DNA of 62,988 nt, the filler included, from Globobulimina sp. (lineage: Eukaryota): assembly GCA_003354225.1 (NCBI GenBank). It is 18 parts of 18 records of this genome, joined end to end, with 100 filler letters (N's around TTAATTAATTAA, not from the genome) between each part and the next. Parts side by side here need not be neighbours in the genome. Positions count along the whole stretch, not along the records: positions 45,572 to 48,975 come from PIVH01002887.1; positions 49,076 to 52,479 come from PIVH01002888.1; positions 52,580 to 55,982 come from PIVH01002889.1; 15 more parts are not named here. One strand, given 5' to 3'. Shown one piece after another: positions 45,572 to 56,082 of this stretch. The notes beneath the pieces are model-generated. The model ran no database searches, had not been told where the DNA came from, and saw only the letters and a program-made list of their open reading frames with translations. The translations under genes and the position numbers were made by a program. Position 1 is the stretch's first letter; each line of letters opens with the position of its first letter.

Positions 45572-47375
45572 GCTTCCACTTCAGGTTCAGGCTCAACTTC
45601 AGTTTCAGGCTCTGTTTTTTCCTCAAATTGTGGCTCTGGCATTATTTCTGGAGCAATGTCTTCAGGCTCAGGCTCAGGTTTTTTTTGTTCCGCGAGCTCA
45701 ATGGATGAAGCCGTTTGAGTTTGCGTTTGATTCAGAGACTTTTTCTCAACTTTTTTTAACTTCGAAGGGATGTAAACTTCAATATTTTTATCCTCGCCAC
45801 CACCATCACCTCCATCCGCCGCTGTATTTGTATTTTGTAGCTCGGCTTCTCGCGACCTTTCTTTCTCTAACTGTTCCTCATAAATCTCACCCAAATTCGA
45901 GTTCGCTTTGCGATGTTTTTCAACCCTCAATTTTTTTTGAAAAGTACCAGTGCGTCGAATATTATTTGCTTTCGCATAAATGTCCGCACGGTCTAAAACA
46001 TCATATTTTTGATATTTCTTCCAATCAGACCTTCCCGACTCACTCTCATGGTTTCCAGTCACGTATTTTTGTTCAGCGAATATAAATTCTGCCTCTTCGT
46101 CTTCTGCCTGATCGATTGCGTCCATTTCCTCCCATGACACTCGCAAACATTCCTTGCGTAACAACGCGACCAAAGCGATAATATGCACTATGATCCATAT
46201 CGCTGTATATATTATGTACATTGCAATCAATCTGAACCTATCATGGTGCGCTATATACATATCCTCGCACTCATACACAAACACATTACCTCCCGAAATC
46301 AGCGCGCAATACAGATCAATTTCGGCGCCATGCTCGTCCAACGAAGGTACGCCAGCCACCGCATTCTCGCCAATCAACACCATGACGGCAATGAAGCCCA
46401 ACAACAAATAATAATCCATAAAGGTCAAATATGACACTTTGGGCAACATCGTGGAAACAATAAACCGAAATGCCACAGCGGCCAACATCAACGTCACTGT
46501 CACAGATAACCTGTCCGCTATGTCACTGCGAGGGATCACAAACGCACTAAAACAGCCTGCCACGATCAGAAAATTAGGAAAGATTATATTCCCAAAATAA
46601 AAGGCACTGCGTATTATATATTGCACCGTAACCACAGTACGTACAGTCAGTCAAAGAGGCGCAAACTTAACGGCATTCGGTTTACACGTAAACGGATGGC
46701 CAATGGCTGTGGAGTGCTGAAATCGACCCAAGGATCAAGCAATTCGTACTCGGTGATGGAGGACAGCATTCGTACCGCAAATTTGCGGTCAAACTCTTTT
46801 AATTCCTGTGGCATCCACTCAGGATATTCTAATATCCAATTCCATGGCCCTTCGCCTTCAATGGCGGGCTGGATCATGGCATTGAACTCCATATTCAAAA
46901 ATTGCCGGTCTAAGGGAAACCTTTGCAATTCCATGCGTTCCACAAAGGTGCACTCCACGACAAACATCATGTATATTGTGCCCGTCGAGGCGAAATAACG
47001 AAATTCTGGGTCGCTGTGCGAAATATCCGTCTTATTTTCGAATATTTCGCTCATTTTAACGGGGACATAGTCGTCATGGATCTGGATTTCTTCGTTTTCG
47101 AAATCTGGGATTAAATTTGGTAAATTATAATCCTGCCAAAATAAGTGGATTTCGATGGAGGTTCGAAAGGTCTGTGAGGGGACGTTGATGTCTTGCAATG
47201 TGATTTCGAACCAACTGTACACATCGGTAGGTTTGTCGGAGGTTCGTTTTAATTTAATGCCTCTGTTTGCTTGTGGTTGTTCGAAGGGGTCGTCTTCTAA
47301 AAAATCTTCGGGTGCTCCTGAGCCTTGTCGTCCTACGGATCGTGCAGCTGAACTTGCTATAAATAACTCTGCCAT
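45572..47375 (-). CDS. Cys-less pentameric ligand-gated ion channel subunit, 3'-partial
   Basis: ELQRFPLDRQ Pro-loop. Intron 46671-46607 gives RMPAFYFGNIIFP (M1); then ADRLSVTVTLMLA (M2) and LPKVSYLTFMDYY (M2-M3); in-frame intron 46289-46203 within M4. Confidence 0.9.
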
Positions 47376-47457
47376 GTATTTGGCAAGTTTTTGGTACGTA
47401 GTTTTTGCACTTCTTTGAGTATACAAGAGCCATATGTTGCAACCATCAGCATTTTCA

Positions 47458-48975
47458 ATGAATAATGCACAGTCGCAACAGGTATGTTGTTGACTTGTGT
47501 ATTATCTGTTTGCTAAATCATTTAAATAAATACATGTTAGATGTCATCGCCTGCGATGAATCCATATCAAAATCATTCCAATATGCAATTACAGCAAACA
47601 TATAAACAACTGTCGAATCGAGCAATGGAAGAGTTAAATGATGAAATAAAACGATTAAAAGATATTATCATGGATAAAGATGAAGAAATAAATAAATTAA
47701 AAGAGATAACAAATCAAGGCACGTTACAAAAAAAATTAGCAAACATTTTGGAAGAAAATAATAATTTAAAGTTGCAAATAAATGAAGAAAATAATAATAA
47801 AAAAGAAATCAAGGAAATAAAACAATCACTGAATACAAAGCATGATCAAATATATCGATTTCAGGAAAAAATAAACCTTTTAAATGAACAATATCAAGAA
47901 TTAATGAATAAAAATAATGATTTAAATAAAGAATTAATTTCTAAAACAGAGATTATTGCAAATAACAAATATAAGGACAGCGAAATTGTTTCGTTAAACA
48001 ACAAAGTACGACAATATGAACAACTTATTAATGATTTGAAAAATGCGACAAAAATAACGGATTTAGAGAGCGAAATAAATGCATTAAATGGAAAAATAAA
48101 TACAAAAAACAACGAAAATGTCATACTGAACGAAAACAATAAAAATTTAACAAATATTTACAACGCAATCAAGACAAAATATACAAAATTATTAAACGAC
48201 TTCGATAAAAATCTGGAAGAAAACCAATTAAAATCTAACAAAAAATTAAATATTTTGACAGATACTGCGAATGATTTAAAACTGAAATTAAAAACAGAAA
48301 TGAATAAAAATGCAGCACTAAAAAAGCAAATGTCGCAATTACAAGTGTCGTACAAGGAAATGGAAGAACTAAATCTCAAATTAATAAAAGGATACAATTT
48401 GACCGACATCATCAACGATTTACAAATCGAGAAAAACCAAAAATTGAATTTACAAAATGAATTGAAACAAATCACCAAAACATTGTCCAAAAAAGAAAAA
48501 ACAAATCTCGTTTTATTAAATAAAAACAAAATGTTGACGCAAACATTGACGCTCAACAAAAATATTGACACCAATGAATATGACATCGATGATGAAGAAT
48601 CCACGTATTTTGACCATACGGATCAAATTGAAGGTTTACAGCAAAACATTGAATCATTAAATAACAAAATTGACAAATTAGAATCTGATAAATATAAATT
48701 ATTGATACAAATACATGAACAGGATAATGATAACAACGACGATGAAAATGATAAATTATATATTTCCGGATTAGACTCACAGCAACAAAATAAAGTTAAG
48801 TTGTTTGTGCAAAAAATGATTAAAAAATCGTTAATGCCAAGCAACATCGACTTGGATGATACCTATATTGATGCGGATGATGTTGATGATGCTAAATTGC
48901 TGCAATTACAAAAAGAAAATACAAAATTAAAGGAATGGAAGGATATGTTAATGACAAAATTATTTGAAAATGGTA
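47458..48975 (+). CDS. Long coiled-coil protein, 3'-partial
   Basis: Short first exon 47458-47481, intron 47482-47540, then heptad-rich K/N/E/L sequence. Confidence 0.7.
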
Positions 48976-49135
48976 NNNNNNNNNNNNNNNNNNNNNNNNN
49001 NNNNNNNNNNNNNNNNNNNTTAATTAATTAANNNNNNNNNNNNNNNNNNNNNNNNNNNNNNNNNNNNNNNNNNNNTTTAGTTTTTATTTTGAATTAAACC
49101 ACACAGTTTTTTATAGCCAGACTGCAGAACAAACA

Positions 49136-50072
49136 ATGCCACAGTGTTCCATGCTGATGCTAGTTCCTGTCATTCTATCTCTATATTTCCCGTGGCGTAA
49201 TGTTTGTGAGAAATATATATTGGTATCTAACGTTACAACAGTGGACATTGCAGAAGAATATTGCAATCAGCACTACCATACATCACTCGCATCTATCCAC
49301 AGTGAAAGCGACAACACAGCGGCAAAACACCTATGTCGCAGCGACTGTGTCAATTTGAGTCCATGTAAGCAAGCATGCAGCATCGGGGCAAATGATAAAC
49401 AAAATGAGCGAGGATCGAATCGTACTGGCTGGGTTTGGAATGATGGATCGATATTTAATTATAATAATTGGGAGAAAGATGAACCAAATGAGGTGGATGG
49501 TTTTCCAAATGGAGAAGATTGCTCTATAATGTGGTCCAGTGATCATTATCATGCCGGAACTTGGAATGATTGTCCATGCGATGGAACCGGTGACTATAAA
49601 CAAAGATTTTTATGCAATGCCCCACCTTCAAATGATCCATCTATCAATGCAACCGAAGGACCCACTGTTGCCGGAAAAAAAGGAAAGAAAACCATTAGAA
49701 TCAGTTTTTTAATCATAATAGTATATATCGTGTGCAGTGTACTTGTTTTTTTTTGCTTTCTACTGATAATAATGTTTTGCTGTAAAGTGTATTTTAAACT
49801 GATGAGGTGCAATGATAAAATAGAAGTGGCGCAACATACGACATTAAGCTCTGCATCGACATCGGTATTACCAACACCAACGACACCAACCACAGCAAAT
49901 GAAGGGTATCAGTCAACTGGTTTGGAGTCGGATATTCTGAGCGATGATGACCAAGAAGATGATGATTTATATTCCAAACCGGTTGACAACATATACACAA
50001 CAGATGGCGTTCCACCGTCAGGGAATATTGTACATTTTTATTATATGGAGGTTGTGCAACATGTGCAAGAGG
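49136..50072 (+). CDS. C-type lectin type-I membrane protein (may continue into the Josephin exon)
   Basis: Signal peptide; AEEYC..LASIHS, WVWNDGS, NWEKDEPN, EDC, WNDCPC, FLC; TM IIIVYIVCSVLVFFCFLLIIMF. Confidence 0.85.
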
Positions 50073-50692
50073 GTATTTATTTGTTTTTGTTTACTTTTAC
50101 TGTATATTGAAATTAATAATATGTAGAATTATATCATGAGAAACAAAAATGGGAAATGTGTTTAATGCATGCTTTGAATGGATTGCTACAAAAACAGCAA
50201 TTTACAGTAAAACATATGAACGCTATTTGTAAGGAATTAGCACCGCAAAAAGTGATAAATCCGCATAAATCTTTATTGCAGACTGGGAATTATGATGCCA
50301 ATGTTTTGATGATGGCTTTGGCTAAAATGGATATTGAGGTTCAATGGTATGATGCGAGGAAAAAAAATGAACTTGATTTGAATGATGAAGAATTTTTGCG
50401 ATTTTTAGAGCCGGCTAATCAAAAATTCATTGGATTTATATTAAACAAACCAATCAAAGCAGCTTTTATGATTAAACGCCGGCATTGGATTGCAATCAAA
50501 GAAATAAATGGCGAATGGTATAATTTAGATTCAAAACTGAAGGAACCTCAACAATATAAAAATGCACAACAAGTAACTGCATATTTGGTGCATAGTTTGG
50601 GCGAAAATGGCGCGGAACTTATGATTTGTAGACAGAAAATCCAAAATATGAAACAAAAAAAAGTTAAAATGAATGTGGTGTTAAACTGGTGA
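50045..50692 (+). CDS. Josephin-domain deubiquitinase (JOSD1/2-like)
   Basis: Intron 50073-50126 restores ELYHEKQKWEMCLMHALN; NPHKS..GNYDANVLMMAL, RRHWIAI and WYNLDSK give a full Cys-His-Asp triad. Confidence 0.92.
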
Positions 50693-52579
50693 TGTTGTTG
50701 AATTATGCTTTTATTTTTTAATTTATAGTTTTATAGCCTTACTCTTTATGGTATTGGTTTTTTTTTTTCGAAATACTAAGAAATCAATTAAAGAGTCATG
50801 ACAGCATGGTGACGTTACACTTGTCGCGTGACAATATTCCAATTTCTGTCACGTAACATTATTTCTACAACATTTCATGTACAAGACTGTTCATGACTTG
50901 TAGACTGTACATGGCTTGTAAACATGGCAACTTGTAGACCGTGAATAACAATTTGTTTTGAAGAAACTGGAAAGTTTTGAAGAAATTATAAAAAAAGCTT
51001 TGAAAAAATTATTAATGATTATGGTGTATGCTTTGCATTATATCTATCTCTATATTTTGTCAATGTTCTCGTTACATATTGCTGTATCATTGTAGACCAT
51101 GTTGAACAACAAATTTTATTCCTTAATGTTGCTCTATTTTCATCCAATACACACAGCGATCTAGTTTATGTTAAATTCATCTAATTTAATCTAATCTAAC
51201 AACACCAGGAGCACTATTAACACACCAATGAATATGCATATGCTATTCACAAATAACAGACTAAGACTTAACAGTGTTTCATTTTGTGATAATTGAAGGA
51301 ATTCTTTTGCCCAATGATTTGCTAAATATATTAATGATAATTTGAAAATACCAAATATTTTTTGAACATTTCCTCTTAAATATTGCTTTGCAATCTCATA
51401 TTAAACATAAATCTGAAAAATATGTAACATTGTCAACCTATATAGAATTACCTGATGTCTGCTGAAGATAACACAACTTTATAGACATAGCTTTACACCA
51501 ATCCTTTGTCATTTTTTGCATTGTTTTGGCTAACTCTGATGTGTCATCAATGTAATCAATACGATCAGATGTCATATCTCTCCAATTTATATTAATATTG
51601 TTAATAATTGTATTATAAATATATTGCGGTACTTTTTTTATGACTTCAGTGTCTTGACTGACTAAATATGCTACATTATCCGCTGTAGCTATACTTTTAA
51701 GAATATCTTTCAAAGGTTTCGCCTTTTTTTTGTTGCGGTATTGAATCAAACCACATATTGCTGAATGTTGCAACGTTGCAATTAACTCCAAAGCGTCTTG
51801 AATATCATTTTCAAGTTTAGTTTCCTTATCAATTTCATGTAAAACATTAAAATCACCATTTTCTTCATCATCACTAATTTTAATATCATTTTCAGTATTT
51901 AACAGTTTAATTTTTTTTGAGATTTGTATTAAAACTTTATTATTAGTTGCATAATTAAAAGAATATGTGTTTGTTGTATATTGTTAGAATTATTGTTGTT
52001 GTTGCTGTTATTATTTTCATTGCAATTATTGTTGTTGTTTGACAAAACTGTATTTAAATAGTCACTTTGCGCTACATATGAGTTTATAATGTTATCATGT
52101 TCATTGTTTTGTGATAATGATGGTATTAAAGGTGAGTTTGGATTTTGATTCCATGACAGAGCCGGATTTTGCAGTTCTGTCATGACTAACACGTACTTTG
52201 TAAATCCAGAACTAAGTCAGAACAAATTTATAATTGAACAAAAGGGTGAGGAAATGTTGGTAAATTACGTAATTAAAAGTGGACTGTAGGTCCTAGGTCC
52301 TGCATAATTGTGCATAAGTGTAGATAAGTTATTTTTGGAATGATGTGAATATAACAGTCAATTAGACTATGGCCAACTAAGTTTTTTTTGAGACCGTTAC
52401 ATTTAAAGTCTACTTATGTCTACGAGGATTGCTTGCTAGCAGCGTGGATTAATTAAAAGTCCTCACTCTATTGCCTCTANNNNNNNNNNNNNNNNNNNNN
52501 NNNNNNNNNNNNNNNNNNNNNNNTTAATTAATTAANNNNNNNNNNNNNNNNNNNNNNNNNNNNNNNNNNNNNNNNNNNN

Positions 52580-52695
52580 ACACGCAACTTTATGCCCTAG
52601 TTAGCCCAAAATATTTCCCAAAAAAAACTCGGCTAACTCTGGCGACAGTGTCGACCAACACCACCTTAAGCTAACTAGGGCATATTTTTGCGTGT
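52580..52695. repeat. 116-bp MITE-like element with 26-bp imperfect terminal inverted repeats
   Basis: ACACGCAA-ctt-TATGCCCTAGTTAGC (52580-52605) versus GCTAACTAGGGCATA-ttt-TTGCGTGT (52670-52695). Confidence 0.65.
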
Positions 52696-53135
52696 AAAAA
52701 AAACACACATTCCCTTAGGAAAAATCATACAATTATGATCATATTTGTCTGACAAAACCTCTGCTATAGTCATACATGTATGATTTTTGGTATGATTTTT
52801 ATAGTCATACATAATTCATTATCTCGGACGAGATCCCCTTTATTTCATAAATAATATCTAAATATATATGATTCTGCGTCTTATAGCAGTTATCCCTGTA
52901 TGTTGTTGGTTTGGTGATTTTCTTTGTTTTGAATGATTTGGATATTAATAGTTTGCCGGAGGTGATTGGGGGGTGTGACTCTCACAATTCTTGTTGTATG
53001 TCACCAAAATACAGCGTTGCTTTAGATAAAGCTTTTTTCCTTTCAAGACTTGTCGAACGACGAGCGTATGGTCTAAGTAAATTATACTTTACTTGAAAGG
53101 TTTTCACAGAACAAACATTATGTTTTCGAACACAA

Positions 53136-55982
53136 TCACACAGAAATCTGAACAACAGATTTCAAAGTTTTTTCTTTTGAATTATGCGTAAAAGTTATTT
53201 CAAAATGCACCACAAATGGTTCCTTTCCATGCTTTGTATTGTTCATTTCAAATTGTTGAGTAATTGTATTTGTTGATTCTTTCAATAACTTTACACCATT
53301 TGCTGCTTTGATTTGTAATTCAATATATTCTGCCACATCCACCACAAACCTAAAACCATCCATATCCTCCGAACTTTTATTATAAAATGTAGCTAAAACC
53401 CGACATATATTGCAATCTTTTGATGATTTAATAACTTCAAATGTGATTCTTATATCCTTATCATTATACACTTCAATAACTGTTCTAACCTCTTCTTTAT
53501 CATCATCACCAACCACAGCTAACACATCAACTTTTTTCTCATCATCACCATCCTCATTAATATTGCACATTGGAGTTGAACCATCCATCATCGCTTCCAA
53601 TTCAGCCAATTCATCATCTTCATCCTGTTGAATATCTAATTTTATCCGTTGTTGTGGCGGAGGCGCAGCGGGCAAATACATCACCGAACTACTTGCAATA
53701 TCATCACCCATTTCATTTAACAATTCGTCAGCTTCCATTTCTTCCAACTCTGCCAACTCAGCTTCCAATTCACTGTCATCCATAACTTGTCCTAACGGCT
53801 GCGACATTGCCTCGTTCATTTCAGCCACCTCATCCATTTGATCCATTGCCTCATTGATATCTTCCATTAATTCATCAGTTTTGTCTAAATCTGATTCTTT
53901 CACAGTTGCTTTCATTGTATTTGCTGATGTTTTCATTGCCTGTACGTTATAATCAGTGTTTATTGCAATATTAATATATATATATTTATAAATAATGTTA
54001 ACTTTTAATGTTTGTTTGTTGAGTTTAGCGTCTTGTAACGCCATAATTTGTGTTTCTAAATTTAATTTTTTTGCTTGTATTGAAGCTAATTGATTTTCGA
54101 ATTCTTTTTTCTTTTTTAATTGCGAAATTGCTCCTTTTTTATCTCTTTGGGTTGATTTTGTTTTTGCATTTTTTAAACAAACAGATATTTTCTGCTCTAA
54201 ATAAGCTTCTCTTTTTTCCAAAGTTCCCACCGCTTCACGTAATGCCTGAATATTGCTATTGGATGACGGTGGTTTGACTGCTTTCGGTCTTTTTTTCTTT
54301 TTTTTCTTTTTCTTTTTTTTCGAACTGCCTTCTTTTTGCTGAATATAAAATACACAGCTCACATTTTTTTGATATTTTGCAATGATAAAAATGATGCAAA
54401 CCTTAACCACAATCATCGAAGTCCACGGCGTCACAAATTTATACTTCATAGCCAATGCTAACGGCAATGTATCATCTTCTTTTTGTTCATCATCGTCTAT
54501 TTCAAGCATATCATTATAAAAAATCAATTTCTTTTTTGCAAACTGCTGTAACTTCAAATATGCCCATATTCGTTGGATATTATTCTCATTTACACCTTCT
54601 TTAACGTCATAATCTTCCTCCACAGGGATATTAATTTCAATTTCTTTATTTATCTCAATCGGTTTTGTAATGAATTTATTATCGCTTTTAACCCCTTTCG
54701 CAGTGATGGCAGTTATGGTGGCTTTGAGAGTTAATTGTTTCTCATTAATTAACTGACCGCCGATAATAATATCATTTCCATGGAACAATGTATTAAATTT
54801 GGTATTGGTGATATTTGTGATATTATTTGTATTATATTTAATGTTAATATTTGTCAAAAGTGGTCTGGATAAAATATGATAATATTGATTTAACTGCGTA
54901 TCGCAGTTTATCTTTTTTATTCTTTTATAGATTCCATTATTATTTAAAGATAATATTTTCAAAAATGAATGATTTAAATCTTTGATCCATTTCGAATCAT
55001 TGTCATTTGAGCCAACACCAAATGAATAAATGGATATCTTTGAAGAATATTTATCAATTTCTTTCAATTGATTTGCTTTTTCCACATTTAATAATATTTT
55101 GGTCGTATCCGTCACGCCATTGTTGGCTTCGCCATCGGTGATAAATATAATTTGATTGAGATAAAAATTATAATTGTCGTCAAGCGCCTGTTTGTCAATG
55201 AATGTGATGTCATTTTTTATTAAAATAATGCCATGCAATAATGCTGAATTTATATCTGTGGAGCCGCCAAGTTTCTGGGTTTGAACATAACTCATTGAAT
55301 CTTTGATATTTGCATCATTTGCTAATAATAAGTTATTATTTTGCGTTAATTGCTTGATATTTTGATCAAAAAATACGATGGAATATCGATCATAATGCAC
55401 TCTTAAAAGTTTTAGTGCGTTGATGGTGGCTTCTTTTGTTTTCCTCCATTTCTCGCCGTGCATACTGTAGGATCTGTCAATTATAAATATGACACGACGC
55501 GGTATCAATACATTTGAATCCTCTTTCATTTCATCACTGTGTCCCTCATTAATGTCTTTTGTATCACTTATTAACGAATCTGTAATCATATCAGATATGA
55601 TATGCACGAATGTTTGACTTTGTTGGTGGTATAATATCGAATGTTCGTTCTCTTCTCCTTTCACTTTGTATTTTAGCACAAATTCTGTCACTTTGCTCTG
55701 TTTATACCGTAATTTTCCTTTCATTGTATAACTTTGAGTGGATTTTTGCATTATATTTTCGTCAATTTGTAGTATATTATTTATATTGTCTGATATTGCT
55801 GGCAATTGAACATCAAATATGCCTCTCTTGTCAACAATATTTAAATTGAATGAGATATATTTGTAATTTTGTGAAATATGATATTTATTAAAATCACGCA
55901 CAATTTCAATATTTAATTCGTTAAAATTGCATTTTTTTTTAAGATATTGTTCAATTGTAATTGTTAATGATATTTCGGATTC
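53136..55982 (-). CDS. Fusion protein: ITIH-type VIT/vWA + Snf7 (CHMP4/Vps32-like) + gamma-adaptin ear; 5'-partial
   Basis: FIIDRSYSM, GGSTDIN, FITDG, RIWAYL, KYKFVTPWTSMIVV; then LEKREAYLEQKI..DKKGAISQLKKKK..LETQIMAL..AMSQPLG..DDSELEAELAELE; then VYNDKDIRITF..ATFYN..ITQQFEMNN..GKEP. Two in-frame 63-nt introns (54401-54339, 54002-53940). Confidence 0.82.
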   Translation of the reverse strand, partial: ESEISLTITIEQYLKKKCNFNELNIEIVRDFNKYHISQNYKYISFNLNIVDKRGIFDVQLPAISDNINNILQIDENIMQKSTQSYTMKGKLRYKQSKVTEFVLKYKVKGEENEHSILYHQQSQTFVHIISDMITDSLISDTKDINEGHSDEMKEDSNVLIPRRVIFIIDRSYSMHGEKWRKTKEATINALKLLRVHYDRYSIVFFDQNIKQLTQNNNLLLANDANIKDSMSYVQTQKLGGSTDINSALLHGIILIKNDITFIDKQALDDNYNFYLNQIIFITDGEANNGVTDTTKILLNVEKANQLKEIDKYSSKISIYSFGVGSNDNDSKWIKDLNHSFLKILSLNNNGIYKRIKKINCDTQLNQYYHILSRPLLTNINIKYNTNNITNITNTKFNTLFHGNDIIIGGQLINEKQLTLKATITAITAKGVKSDNKFITKPIEINKEIEINIPVEEDYDVKEGVNENNIQRIWAYLKLQQFAKKKLIFYNDMLEIDDDEQKEDDTLPLALAMKYKFVTPWTSMIVVKVCIIFIIAKYQKNVSCVFYIQQKEGSSKKKKKKKKKKRPKAVKPPSSNSNIQALREAVGTLEKREAYLEQKISVCLKNAKTKSTQRDKKGAISQLKKKKEFENQLASIQAKKLNLETQIMALQDAKLNKQTLKVNIIYKYIYINIAINTDYNVQAMKTSANTMKATVKESDLDKTDELMEDINEAMDQMDEVAEMNEAMSQPLGQVMDDSELEAELAELEEMEADELLNEMGDDIASSSVMYLPAAPPPQQRIKLDIQQDEDDELAELEAMMDGSTPMCNINEDGDDEKKVDVLAVVGDDDKEEVRTVIEVYNDKDIRITFEVIKSSKDCNICRVLATFYNKSSEDMDGFRFVVDVAEYIELQIKAANGVKLLKESTNTITQQFEMNNTKHGKEPFVVHFEITFTHNSKEKTLKSVVQISV

Positions 55983-56082
55983 NNNNNNNNNNNNNNNNNN
56001 NNNNNNNNNNNNNNNNNNNNNNNNNNTTAATTAATTAANNNNNNNNNNNNNNNNNNNNNNNNNNNNNNNNNNNNNNNNNNNN

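Noticed and set aside
51240-52192. Fragmented minus-strand ORFs as a transposase
   Set aside because: No DDE, RT or other motif is recognisable; possibly a decayed gene but not supportable.
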